Part shown: positions 1-8,661 of the stretch, one piece after another | Layout of the letters: each line of letters starts with the position of its first letter | Numbering within the stretch: position 1 is the first letter of the stretch | NCBI GenBank assembly: GCA_903897785.1 | Contig: CAIUCZ010000030.1 | Coordinates: 18,212 to 82,211 of the forward strand | DNA from: Candidatus Falkowbacteria bacterium | GTDB taxonomy: Bacteria > Patescibacteriota > Patescibacteriia > Patescibacteriales > Patescibacteriaceae | Reading direction: 5' to 3' | Length of the DNA stretch: 64,000 nucleotides | Translations under genes and position numbers: made by a program | Notes under the pieces: model-generated | Told to the model about the DNA's origin: nothing | What the model saw: the letters and a program-made list of their open reading frames with translations, nothing else | Databases searched by the model: none

Positions 1-781
1 TTGCTTCCGGTGCTAATGAGGTTAACAAACGCAAAGCGTCGGTGGCGGACGGGGAGGGTAGAATAGTAATAATTAATTTGTTGGTGGATGATAACAGCGC
101 TTGGCGTAAGATCTCCGGCCGGTCGCAACGCGACAGAAATATCAAATCGGCATCCTGGCGGCCGAGGCTATGCAAAGCTTGCGGCCAATCATAACCGCGG
201 CGCGGATCAATGATTGATTGATTCACCCCGGCAATCGGCGCTTGCGCCATTTCCGACAAGCTGACAATGTTTAAATTCGGTTTGGCCAGGCGCCGTAAAA
301 TCGCTTGCGCCAGCGTCATTTTGCCGGAGTTGGTCGGGCCGGTGATAACCAGCAAGCCGCTCGGCCGCAGAGCGGTCAGCACAGTTTTTTCCAGAGCCGT
401 GGGCAAGAGTTCGGTCAGTTCCGGTTGAACTTTATTTTGTCGTTCAATTTCCAAGACAATCTTTGGCCCCTCGGCCGTCGGCACCCAAAGTGCGCGCAAG
501 ACGGCGTTGTAGCTTGGTCGATGAATTTTAAACTGGCCCTCATGAATTTCCGGCGTCAAACCTGCCAGATTACTAATTTTTTTAAACAGCCCCGGGCCAT
601 AAGCGGCGGACAAAACCAAAACTGTTTGCAAGCCGTTATCCAAGCGATATCTGACTTCCAGTTTATTGGCCGTGGATTGCAAATGAATGGCCGAGGCTTG
701 CAATTGCAAAGCATAGCCCAGAATCTTTGTAAGCGAGCGAGCGATGATTGGTTGATTGTGATCAGATATTGCAGTCTTCAT
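1..781 (-). CDS. GspE/PilB-family secretion/pilus ATPase homologue, N-terminal ~260 aa (3' part lies beyond the window start); catalytic boxes look degenerate
   Basis: Minus-strand ORF missing from the track because it has no stop inside the window. ATG at 781-779; reads MKTAISDHNQPIIARSL... Walker-A-like GLLVITGPTNSGKMT (about 305-350). Positions of the Asp box, Walker B and His box read SEMAQ, DADLIFLSRCDR and NKLIITILPS. Confidence 0.6.
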   Translation of the reverse strand, partial: MKTAISDHNQPIIARSLTKILGYALQLQASAIHLQSTANKLEVRYRLDNGLQTVLVLSAAYGPGLFKKISNLAGLTPEIHEGQFKIHRPSYNAVLRALWVPTAEGPKIVLEIERQNKVQPELTELLPTALEKTVLTALRPSGLLVITGPTNSGKMTLAQAILRRLAKPNLNIVSLSEMAQAPIAGVNQSIIDPRRGYDWPQALHSLGRQDADLIFLSRCDRPEILRQALLSSTNKLIITILPSPSATDALRLLTSLAPEA

Positions 782-831
782 ATTTATATTATAACCGAAT
801 GCTTGTGATAGCACAAATTAGCCGTCAGTCT

Positions 832-957
832 GTCATTCCCGGCCGGAGCGTAGCGCAGTGCAGCGTAGCGAAACGAAGCACAGCACAGCGGAGGGAAAGG
901 GAATCCATTAGTGGCATTCTAAAAAGAATGGATCCCGGATGAGTACTCCGGGATGAC
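832..957. repeat. A-family hairpin repeat (GTCATYCCGG...CCGGGATGAC), composite copy
   Basis: Outer arms gtcattcccgg (832-842) and ccgggatgac (948-957); inner hairpin atcccggatgagtactccgggat (932-954). Confidence 0.8.
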
Positions 958-1030
958 ATTCCTTCGATGACGGTCTTTATTTACTTATCTCCTGTTTTCT
1001 GTTAAACTGTGATTATGTTAATTTTACCTT

Positions 1031-1447
1031 ATGAAAACTGGTATTACTAAATTTTTTGGCAGTCTTTCCGCTTGGCAGCAAAATGTCGGCGCAATCTTGG
1101 CCGATTTTTGGCAGCCTCTGGACAACAAAATCTATATCTTGCTTGACCTGGCCTTGGTGGCCGCGGCTTGGCTGACAGCTTGGCTTTTATTGGTCCGTCG
1201 CTTGGGCGATGTGACCGCCGCCCTGCATTACAACACTATTTTTGGCATTGACTATGTCGGCGCGCCGGTGCAAATCTACTGGCTGCCGAATATCGGCTTG
1301 ATTATTTTGGCGTTAAATTTGATTTTGGCGGTGCTGGCTGATAAAAAGTACAAGCTCTTGTCGCAATTACTGCTGATTGGCAGCGGTGTTTTGTTGGTTT
1401 TTATCAATATTGCTTTGTACACCCTTAATTTAATAAATTTTCGCTAG
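1031..1447 (+). CDS. hypothetical membrane protein
   Basis: 138-aa ORF with several hydrophobic helices; ends 3 nt before mraY. No recognisable family. Confidence 0.5.
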   Translation: MKTGITKFFGSLSAWQQNVGAILADFWQPLDNKIYILLDLALVAAAWLTAWLLLVRRLGDVTAALHYNTIFGIDYVGAPVQIYWLPNIGLIILALNLILAVLADKKYKLLSQLLLIGSGVLLVFINIALYTLNLINFR

Positions 1448-1450
1448 CTT

Positions 1451-2503
1451 ATGCCCACTCTTGATTTTTACGTCATCAAGCTGCTGTTGTTGTCCACAGC
1501 CGCCTTTGTTCTGTCGTTTGCTTTGACGCCGCTCTTGACCAAAGTTTTATACAAATACAAACTGGGCAAAAGTATCCGCAACAACGGCACGACGCCGATT
1601 TTTTCTCTCTTGCACGCCCACAAAGCCGGCACGCCAACCATGGGCGGGGTATTGATTTGGTTGACCACTGCCATTTTGATTTTATTTTTTGCTTATGTGC
1701 CCGGTTGGTTGCATTGGCCCATGGCCGATCAGCTTAATTTTTTGAGCCGCAACCAAACCTGGCTGCCGCTCGGGGCGCTCGTCGCTTCGGCTTTGGTCGG
1801 TTTGTTTGACGATTGGCTGGACATCAAAGGCAAGGGGACGAAAGGCGGCGGCGGCATGTCAATGCGCCGGCGCTTGCTGTTTTATACTTTGATTGCCGTG
1901 GTCGGCGCCTTGTGGTTTTATTTCAAGCTCGGCCGCGACGTTTTTACCGTTCCTTTTGTCGGCCAGTTTCAGCTGGGCTGGTGGTATATTGTCGCCTTTG
2001 TCTTTGTCATGGTGGCGACGGCATTTTCAGTTAATCAAACCGACGGTCTGGACGGTTTGGCCGGCGGTTTGTTATTGATCGCTTTTTCGGCTTACGCCAT
2101 CATCTCGTTTGTGGTCGGCAAATATGATTTGTCCATGCTTTGCGGCGTGATTGTTGGCGGTTTGCTGTCTTTTTTATGGTTCAATATCGCTCCGGCCAGA
2201 TTTTACATGGGCGATACCGGCTCAATGAGTCTGGGCATCACTCTGGGTATTATCGCCATGCTGACCGACACGCCGATGATTTTGATTTTCATTGGCTGTA
2301 TTTTTGTGGCTGAATCTTTATCAACGATTATCCAGCTGACTTCCAAAAAGTTTCGCCATAAAAAAGTTTTCTTGTCTTCACCGTTGCATCATCATTTTGA
2401 AGCCATCGGCTGGCCGGAAACAAAAGTGGTGATGCGGTTTTGGCTGATTGGCGCGATTGGCGCCACTATCGGGTTGGCGTTATTTCTTTTGAATCGGCTA
2501 TAA
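1451..2503 (+). CDS. mraY: phospho-N-acetylmuramoyl-pentapeptide transferase
   Basis: Motifs NQTDGLDGLAGG, MGDTGSMSLG and PLHHHFE; polytopic membrane protein; dcw context. Confidence 0.95.
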   Translation: MPTLDFYVIKLLLLSTAAFVLSFALTPLLTKVLYKYKLGKSIRNNGTTPIFSLLHAHKAGTPTMGGVLIWLTTAILILFFAYVPGWLHWPMADQLNFLSRNQTWLPLGALVASALVGLFDDWLDIKGKGTKGGGGMSMRRRLLFYTLIAVVGALWFYFKLGRDVFTVPFVGQFQLGWWYIVAFVFVMVATAFSVNQTDGLDGLAGGLLLIAFSAYAIISFVVGKYDLSMLCGVIVGGLLSFLWFNIAPARFYMGDTGSMSLGITLGIIAMLTDTPMILIFIGCIFVAESLSTIIQLTSKKFRHKKVFLSSPLHHHFEAIGWPETKVVMRFWLIGAIGATIGLALFLLNRL

Positions 2504-2525
2504 TTTATTGTGAATAAAGGTGGTG

Positions 2526-2593
2526 GTCATGCCGGCGTATGCCGGTATCCAGTTACAGTCACCAATCTGGATCCCGGCCTACGCCGGGATGAC
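2526..2593. repeat. A-family hairpin repeat
   Basis: gtcatgccggcgtatgccggtatccag / ctggatcccggcctacgccgggatgac. About 27-nt inverted arms with a 14-nt loop, sitting between mraY and ftsW. Confidence 0.85.
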
Positions 2594-2633
2594 AATGCAA
2601 AACTTTAAATAAAGAACTCCAGCTTCCAATGAT

Positions 2634-3794
2634 ATGCTTAAAAAATTTAAACAATTCATCGCTCGCCATTTTTCTTCGGACCGCCACCTGGGCAAGCCCG
2701 ATTTTGTTTTTTTGATCACTCTGGGCTTGATTGTTGTCTTTGGCTTGGTGATGCTGTTTTCCGCTTCGACAATCGTGGCGTACATGGCCTATCATGACGC
2801 TTATTATTTTGTGACGCGCCAGCTGCTCTGGCTGGCCATCGGCGGCGCGGTTTTTTATTTTCTTTATAATTTTGATTATCATCGTTGGCGTAAATACGCT
2901 TTTTCCATGCTGGTGGCATCGCTCGGCTTGCTGTCTTTGATTATGGTTCATCCGATCACCCGCGTGGTCAACGGCCATCGCAGTTGGATCAACTTGGGCA
3001 TTTTTTCTTTTCAGCCGTCCGAGTTTGTCAAAGTGACTTTGATTATTTATCTGGCCGCCCTGCTGGAATCCAGCGGCAAAGCCAAATCTTTGGACATCGA
3101 GCGCGCCAAAAAGTTTTTTATTGTCATCGGCGTGATTGCTGCGTTGATGCTTTTGCAACCAGACATCGGCACTCTGGCCATCATTATGGCCGCTTGTTTG
3201 ATTTTGTATTTTGTCAACGGCGGACAAATGAAAACTTTGCTGGTTTGCGCCGCTATGGCTTTGGCAATGCTTGCCGGGTACATCGGTTACCGCAGTTTGA
3301 AAGGCGGCGGCCAATCATATATGGCTTATCGTTTCACTTGTCTTTATAATCCAAGCTCCAGCGCCAGCGACAAATGTTACCAAATCAATCAATCGCTCTT
3401 GGCTGTCGGTTCGGGCGGCTGGTTCGGCCGCGGCATCGGCAACAGCCGGCAGAAGTTTTTATTCTTGCCCGAAGTGCAAAACGATTTTATTTTTGCTATC
3501 ATTGCCGAAGAAGTCGGCTGGATTTTTTCCAGCCTGCTTTTGGGCGCTTTTGTCTTGTTGATTTATCGCGGTATTTTGATTGCCAAACGCGCTCCGGATT
3601 CGTTTGGCCGCAACTTGGCCATTGGCCTGGTCAGCTGGATCGGCGTGCAGGTGATTGTCAATATCGGCGGAATTATCAATTTATTTCCGATGACCGGCGT
3701 GCCGTTGCCCTTGGTTAGCGCCGGTGGCACGGCTTTGTTGGCGGCCTTGTCTTCGGCTGGGATTATTGCCAATATTAGTCGGCAAGGGAAATAG
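2634..3794 (+). CDS. ftsW: SEDS-family peptidoglycan glycosyltransferase (FtsW/RodA)
   Basis: 386-aa polytopic protein with SEDS-like segments (FQPSEFVKV, LQPDIGT, LPEVQNDFIFA, GVPLPLVSAGGT). Lies between mraY and murG. Confidence 0.9.
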   Translation: MLKKFKQFIARHFSSDRHLGKPDFVFLITLGLIVVFGLVMLFSASTIVAYMAYHDAYYFVTRQLLWLAIGGAVFYFLYNFDYHRWRKYAFSMLVASLGLLSLIMVHPITRVVNGHRSWINLGIFSFQPSEFVKVTLIIYLAALLESSGKAKSLDIERAKKFFIVIGVIAALMLLQPDIGTLAIIMAACLILYFVNGGQMKTLLVCAAMALAMLAGYIGYRSLKGGGQSYMAYRFTCLYNPSSSASDKCYQINQSLLAVGSGGWFGRGIGNSRQKFLFLPEVQNDFIFAIIAEEVGWIFSSLLLGAFVLLIYRGILIAKRAPDSFGRNLAIGLVSWIGVQVIVNIGGIINLFPMTGVPLPLVSAGGTALLAALSSAGIIANISRQGK

Positions 3795-3798
3795 CACT

Positions 3799-3874
3799 GT
3801 CATCCCGAGCTTGCGAGGGATCTCTTAATTCACAAGCAAGAGGCGTAAGAGATCCCTCGTAAACTCGGGATGAC
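3799..3874. repeat. A-family hairpin repeat
   Basis: gtcatcccgagcttgcgagggatctcttaa / taagagatccctcgtaaactcgggatgac; about 29-nt arms. Confidence 0.85.
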
Positions 3875-3900
3875 AAATCTCTAAATTATGCTATAAATTT

Positions 3901-5028
3901 ATGCTCGAGAAAAAAATAAAAGTCCTCTTGACCGGTGGCGGCACGGCCGGTTCAGTCTCGCCCTTGCTGGCAATGGCCGAGGACTTGCGCCAGCTCAAAG
4001 GCCGGGCTATAGATTTTTGTTGGCTGGGCGGTTATCACGGACCGGAACGAGCCATGGCCGGGGACGTTGACATCAAATTTGTTGCCATAAGTTCTGGCAA
4101 ACTGCGCCGTTATTTTTCCCTGTGGAACATTATCGATCCGTTTTTAATCATCATCGGTTTTATCCAAGCATTTTTTTATTTATTATGCTGGCGTCCAAAA
4201 ATAGTTTTGACGGCCGGTAGCTTTATCGCCGTGCCGGTCGCTATGGCCGCCTTTATTTTGCGTATTCCCATCTTGGTGCATCAGCAAGACGTCGTGCCCG
4301 GCCTGGCCAATAAAATTATGGCGCCCATGGCGACCGTGATTACCACGGTTTTTGAAAAATCTTTGAGCGACTATGGCAAAAAAGCCCGTGCTTATGGCAA
4401 TCCTGTCAGAAAAATATTTTCCACTGTCATCCCCGCAAGCGCTGTCATCCCGGCGTATGCCGGCCTGCCCGTTCCGGTTCGGGCGGGGGTCCAGGTTCTT
4501 AATTTAAAATTTAATAATAATTTACCAGTCGTTTTATTCCTCGGCGGCGGCACCGGCGCGCAAGGCCTTAATAATCTGGTAACCGAAGCGGCCGCAGAAT
4601 TAAGCCAGACCTGCAACATGATTCATCTGACCGGCCGCCACAAAACCGTCGAGCTGAAATTAGAAAACTATCAAGCTTATGAATTTTTAAACGCCGATCA
4701 AATGGCTGCTGCTTATGCCGTTGCCGACCTGGTCGTCTCGCGCGCCGGCATGGGCGTTTTGTCCGAGCTGGCCGCGCAAAAAAAATCGGCGATTATTATT
4801 CCCATGCCCGCTTCGCACCAAGAAGCCAATGCGAAGATTCTAAGCGATGCCAAAGCGGCCATCGTGTTGGCTGAGAAAAAAATCACCGCGCAAAAGTTGA
4901 GCGCGGAAATTAAAAAATTACTGGCCGATCCGGCCAAGTTGAAAATTTTAGGGAATAACCTGCAGCAAACCGTCAAAACTGACAGCCAAAATAAAATCGC
5001 GCGCCTTATTTTAGCAATCTTGAAATAA
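3901..5028 (+). CDS. murG: UDP-GlcNAc:lipid I N-acetylglucosaminyltransferase
   Basis: N-terminal LTGGGTAGSVSPLL glycine loop, GNPVR, LGGGTGAQ, and C-terminal HQEANA-type motif; dcw context. Confidence 0.93.
   Translation: MLEKKIKVLLTGGGTAGSVSPLLAMAEDLRQLKGRAIDFCWLGGYHGPERAMAGDVDIKFVAISSGKLRRYFSLWNIIDPFLIIIGFIQAFFYLLCWRPKIVLTAGSFIAVPVAMAAFILRIPILVHQQDVVPGLANKIMAPMATVITTVFEKSLSDYGKKARAYGNPVRKIFSTVIPASAVIPAYAGLPVPVRAGVQVLNLKFNNNLPVVLFLGGGTGAQGLNNLVTEAAAELSQTCNMIHLTGRHKTVELKLENYQAYEFLNADQMAAAYAVADLVVSRAGMGVLSELAAQKKSAIIIPMPASHQEANAKILSDAKAAIVLAEKKITAQKLSAEIKKLLADPAKLKILGNNLQQTVKTDSQNKIARLILAILK
4426..4495. repeat. A-family repeat copy lying in frame inside murG
   Basis: gtcatcc at 4426 and gtcatcccggcgtatgccgg at 4444-4463. 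The latter is identical to the arm at 45383-45402. Translated as VIPASAVIPAYAGLPVPVRAGVQ. Confidence 0.8.
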
Positions 5029-5398
5029 TATCATAAGCCAAAGCCAAGCCGGAGGTGACAAAAATGGCAATGTAGTTCCATTGCGCCTTGGACGAGGTCA
5101 GGCTTTTGAGCGAATAAACCAGCACGTTTTGATCGTCCACGGTCAAGGCGCGGTGTTGTTCGATTTTTTTGATCAAATCCGCGTCCCGCACCATTTTACT
5201 GCGTTTGGTTTCCACGTTGTAGCGATGCGCAAAATACCAGACAAAGCCGATCGTGCCGACATACCAGGCGATGTTGGACCAATAAAGCGTGGGCAGATTG
5301 TTCAACGCGATGATAATGCGATAGGCGATGGTGGCGATAATGCCGATCCAAAACACCAATTCGCGATAAGCCTGCTTGTGCATTTTTATTTCCGTCAT
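5006..5398 (-). CDS. hypothetical membrane protein
   Basis: 130-aa ORF with 3 predicted helices; its 3' end overlaps the murG 3' end by 23 nt (convergent). Confidence 0.5.
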   Translation of the reverse strand: MTEIKMHKQAYRELVFWIGIIATIAYRIIIALNNLPTLYWSNIAWYVGTIGFVWYFAHRYNVETKRSKMVRDADLIKKIEQHRALTVDDQNVLVYSLKSLTSSKAQWNYIAIFVTSGLALAYDIISRLLK

Positions 5399-5410
5399 AT
5401 TGTTTGTATT

Positions 5411-5458
5411 GTCATTCCCGTCCCGTATCGTAGTACGGGATAAACTCCGGCGGGAATC
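5411..5458. repeat. A-family hairpin repeat (short composite)
   Basis: gtcattcccg ... cgggaatc, with inner hairpin tcccgta tcgtag tacggga. Confidence 0.75.
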
Positions 5459-5512
5459 TTGTTCATTGTTTTAATTAGATTATTATTATACCATTGATTT
5501 AGTTTTTCATCT

Positions 5513-7240
5513 ATGACACAGCAACAAGCATTGGATATCATGAAAACCGGCGTTAACGTCTTTCTCACCGGCGAGCCGGGCGCCGGCAAAACCCACACGG
5601 TCAATCAGTATGTGGCGTATTTGCGCGCCCATGGCATTGAACCGGCCATTACCGCCTCCACCGGCATTGCGGCCACGCATATCGGCGGCTTGACCATTCA
5701 TTCCTGGGCGGGGATCGGTATCAAAGAAAAATTAAGCCAGCACGACATCAACAACATTGCCGGCACCGAGCGCCTGGCCAAGCGAATTGCCGCCGCCAAA
5801 GTGCTGTTAATCGACGAGGTCTCCATGCTGCCGCCCTATGTTTTAAATTTGGTCGATGCCGTTTGCCGCAAAATCAAAGACGAATCCACGCCCTTTGGCG
5901 GCTTGCAAATAATTTTGGTCGGCGATTTTTTCCAGCTGCCGCCGATTATGCGCCAGCAGAATATTGAAACGCAAGATTCTTTTTTTGACGTAGCGCCAAA
6001 AACTTTAGAAATGTCTGACCGTTTTGCTTATGGCGCCGCTGCCTGGGCGGCGGCCGAGCCGGTGGTTTGTTATTTGAGCGAGCAATACCGCCAGGACGAC
6101 AAAGATTTTTTAAATATTCTCTCCGCCATTCGCGCCAACGGTTTTGGTGCCGCTCATTTGGCGCAATTGCAGCCGCGCAAAATTGTTTATCAAAACGCGC
6201 CGCAAAATTTGCCCAAGCTCTACACCCACAATGTCGATGTCGATCGCGTCAACGACGAAATGATCCGCCGCCTGCCCGGCAAAGGCTATGGTTATGACAT
6301 GGTGGCGCATGGCCGCAAGGTTTTGGTGGAAGTCCTGCAAAAAGGCTGCCTCTCGCCCGTGCATTTGATTTTAAAAATCAACGCCGCGGTCATGTTTACC
6401 AAAAATCATCAAAAAGGCCTGTACGTCAACGGCACCTTGGGCACAGTGATTGGGTTTGATAGCGTTAACAAATATCCGATTGTGCAAACTCGTTCCGGCG
6501 AGCGCATTACGGCCGAACCGAGCGATTGGATTTTGGAAGACAACGGCGAAACTCTGGCAACGATTACGCAGTTGCCTTTGCGTTTGGCCTGGGCGATTAC
6601 GGTGCACAAAAGCCAGGGCATGAGTTTGGATGGCGCGGTGATGGATTTATCCTCGGTCTTTGAATTTGGCCAGGGCTATGTTGCTTTGTCGCGCGTGCGC
6701 CGTTTGGCCGGTTTGTTTTTGCTCGGCTGGAATCAGCGCGCCTTTGAAGTCCATCCGGATATTGTGCAGGTTGACCGGATTTTTAAAACCGAAAGTGAAG
6801 CGCAAACCGCGGCCTTTGCCGCAGTGGCGCGCGAAGAACTGCAAAAACAGCACGACGAGTTTATCGTTAACTGCGGCGGACGCTTGGCCGCGCAAGCTTT
6901 CGCGCATAAAACTAATTTTAAAAAAGTAAAGGTCAGTACTCAAGACCAGACTTTAGCTTTGTGGCGGGCGGGCAAAGATCTGGCCGAGATTGTGCAAGCG
7001 CGCGGCCTGAATCGAGAAACGATCATCGCGCATTTGGAAAAGCTGAAAGACCAAGGCAAAATCAAGGCTACGGAATTGGACAAGTTGATTCCCGACAGTC
7101 TGCGGCCGGGCTTGGCCGAAATTCAGCATGCTTTTGAGGAGCTGGGCACGGACAAGCTGGGGCCGGTGTTCGGGTTGTTTGACGGGCGGTATTCGTGGGA
7201 GGAACTGAAGCTGGCGAGGATGATGATGGGGAAGAAATAG
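5513..7240 (+). CDS. Pif1/RecD-like SF1 helicase with C-terminal HTH-type tail
   Basis: Walker A GEPGAGKTHT, Walker B LLIDEVSML, ILVGDFFQLPPI, AITVHKSQGMSLD and GYVALSRVR. The ~110-aa C-terminal helical tail is typical of helicases of this type. Confidence 0.85.
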   Translation: MTQQQALDIMKTGVNVFLTGEPGAGKTHTVNQYVAYLRAHGIEPAITASTGIAATHIGGLTIHSWAGIGIKEKLSQHDINNIAGTERLAKRIAAAKVLLIDEVSMLPPYVLNLVDAVCRKIKDESTPFGGLQIILVGDFFQLPPIMRQQNIETQDSFFDVAPKTLEMSDRFAYGAAAWAAAEPVVCYLSEQYRQDDKDFLNILSAIRANGFGAAHLAQLQPRKIVYQNAPQNLPKLYTHNVDVDRVNDEMIRRLPGKGYGYDMVAHGRKVLVEVLQKGCLSPVHLILKINAAVMFTKNHQKGLYVNGTLGTVIGFDSVNKYPIVQTRSGERITAEPSDWILEDNGETLATITQLPLRLAWAITVHKSQGMSLDGAVMDLSSVFEFGQGYVALSRVRRLAGLFLLGWNQRAFEVHPDIVQVDRIFKTESEAQTAAFAAVAREELQKQHDEFIVNCGGRLAAQAFAHKTNFKKVKVSTQDQTLALWRAGKDLAEIVQARGLNRETIIAHLEKLKDQGKIKATELDKLIPDSLRPGLAEIQHAFEELGTDKLGPVFGLFDGRYSWEELKLARMMMGKK

Positions 7241-7371
7241 GAATTTTCCGTGATTAACGATAATCCGATATAATCAAGATATTTAGCATGTCGGGAATCC
7301 CGACGAACTGGCGGTGACAACAAGGAATATGGGATAAAAAACAATTTAAAGAATATCGGATTTGAAATAAA

Positions 7372-7420
7372 ATAAAAACCTGTCGGGTTCGCCCAAGCCG
7401 TGAGGCTTGGGCGCGACAGG
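7372..7420 (-). terminator. strong intrinsic terminator-like hairpin, minus-strand sense
   Basis: cctgtcg ... gcccaagcc gtga ggcttgggc ... cgacagg. Followed by a T-run on the minus strand (A-run 7374-7378 on plus). Confidence 0.6.
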
Positions 7421-7592
7421 TATTAATAAATAAATTATATATCATTTGGTTACGTGTCATCTGCATACGAAAAAGAGTATAGAGACGAAATAAATATGCA
7501 GGAGGCGCATTTTGCCGTCGCTTATTCAAAAGCTGCAATTATAGAAATGCATAAGTTTGTTATAAAAAATTATTTAGAATTAATCTAAAAAT

Positions 7593-7853
7593 ATGTCTGA
7601 AAAAAATTTATCAACAAATAATTCGTCTATCAGTGAGGACGAATTGCACAATTTGGCCAACGAAGGCGCTTCGCTGGATTTTATTGTCACGACTTTGAAG
7701 GCGAATGAAAAAACCATCGGCGAGCATACGCGGCGCTTAGTCCAAGCCGGCCTGATTAATAAAACTTACCGCGGGCATTTTGTCGAACACACGCTGTCGC
7801 CTTATGGCAAAAGCTTTGTCCAATTTTTAAAATCGTTTCAAGTGATAATGTGA
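7593..7853 (+). CDS. small hypothetical protein, possibly winged-helix DNA-binding
   Basis: 86 aa. The segment TIGEHTRRLVQAGLINK resembles a wHTH recognition helix. AT-rich upstream region. Confidence 0.4.
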   Translation: MSEKNLSTNNSSISEDELHNLANEGASLDFIVTTLKANEKTIGEHTRRLVQAGLINKTYRGHFVEHTLSPYGKSFVQFLKSFQVIM

Positions 7854-7857
7854 ACTT

Positions 7858-7885
7858 ATCCTTAAAGACTTGAGAATTTAAGGAT
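7858..7885 (+). terminator. hairpin after the 7593-7853 ORF
   Basis: atccttaaa / tttaaggat, 9-bp perfect stem with a 10-nt loop; weak T-run. Confidence 0.4.
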
Positions 7886-7983
7886 TAATTTAAGTTGTTT
7901 TTGCAAAACTACCGTGAATTTGCCTCACTTTTTATAGATATTCACGCGATATTGAAATTTTAGCGTTAATTTAAAAGATAAAA

Positions 7984-8017
7984 TAAAAAACTAACCGCAT
8001 ACGATTTGGTTAGTTTT
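7984..8017. terminator. bidirectional intrinsic terminator
   Basis: aaaactaacc (7987-7996) / ggttagtttt (8008-8017). A-run upstream and T-run downstream. Confidence 0.6.
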
Positions 8018-8037
8018 ACAAGCGCTTGGCTTGCTAT

Positions 8038-8247
8038 TTATTCCTTGGCAAAAACTATGCCAAGAATGATTAGAATAATGCTGATGACTAATCCAACGCC
8101 GTTTATGCCGTGGTCATAGGCATAAGGGTCCAGGTGGCGCGGAGGATTTATTATACTGCCGATGCTAAAAGCAAAAACTATGACGCCGACGATTACCATA
8201 ACAATGCCGATTAGATTATCAGTGCTGAAAGATTTTGGTGTTTTCAC
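8038..8247 (-). CDS. small hypothetical membrane protein
   Basis: 69 aa with two hydrophobic helices; a terminator lies downstream. Confidence 0.4.
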   Translation of the reverse strand: MKTPKSFSTDNLIGIVMVIVGVIVFAFSIGSIINPPRHLDPYAYDHGINGVGLVISIILIILGIVFAKE

Positions 8248-8330
8248 GGGAGCGTCCTTTTGTTAAATGAGCAAAAAAGCGTTAAACTTATTGTTAAGTA
8301 AACAGTTTTTGACATGATTTGTCAACCCCT

Positions 8331-8579
8331 ATGTATTATCTCTACCTCCTGTCATGCTCCGACGCCACACTCTACGCCGGTATTACCACCGATTTAACCA
8401 GGCGCGTGGTTGAACACAACAGCACCACCCGCGGCGCCAAGTATACCCTAGTCCGGCGGCCGGTGGTTTTGGTTTATAGCAAAAAATTTCGCAATCGCTC
8501 CTTGGCCAGCGTGGCCGAAAGCAAGCTCAAAAAATTAAGCCGCGCGGAAAAGTTAGCCTTGATTGATAAGATTGTTTAA
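8331..8579 (+). CDS. GIY-YIG domain protein (UPF0213/YhbQ-like)
   Basis: YYLYLLSCSDATLYAGITTDLTRRVVEHN ... GAKYT ... RPVVLVY. I prefer the ATG at 8331 over the TTG at 8319. Confidence 0.8.
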   Translation: MYYLYLLSCSDATLYAGITTDLTRRVVEHNSTTRGAKYTLVRRPVVLVYSKKFRNRSLASVAESKLKKLSRAEKLALIDKIV

Positions 8580-8661
8580 AGTTAACAATTGTTAACCTGC
8601 TTGATAATAAAGTTAACATACGTTAACCTTAAAAATACTTACAATATTGTTATTAAATAAT

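Noticed and set aside
305-808. Track ORF of 167 aa on the plus strand.
   Set aside because: It is antisense to the PilB/GspE-like gene, which has recognisable motifs. Its own product is low-complexity and R/Q/G-rich.
2559-3314. Track ORF of 251 aa on the minus strand. The same reasoning applies to other long antisense ORFs, for example 15062-15529, 34835-35422, 36242-36727, 47527-47937, 48078-48530 and 60239-60640.
   Set aside because: Each lies antisense to a gene with clear family motifs (ftsW, the permease, lysS, greA, SPFH, the 48081 ORF, dnaB). The translations are R/Q/H-rich with no motifs, which is typical of shadow ORFs.
7254-7538. Track ORF of 94 aa on the minus strand in the gap after the helicase.
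   Set aside because: It reads straight through the strong terminator hairpin at 7372-7420 and has no RBS. A short transcript is the more likely interpretation (see findings).
8293-8312. Palindrome TTGACATGATTTGTCAA as a pair of divergent -35 boxes or an operator between the small membrane gene and the GIY-YIG gene.
   Set aside because: I could not find a convincing -10 element at the right spacing on either strand, so it is left unannotated.
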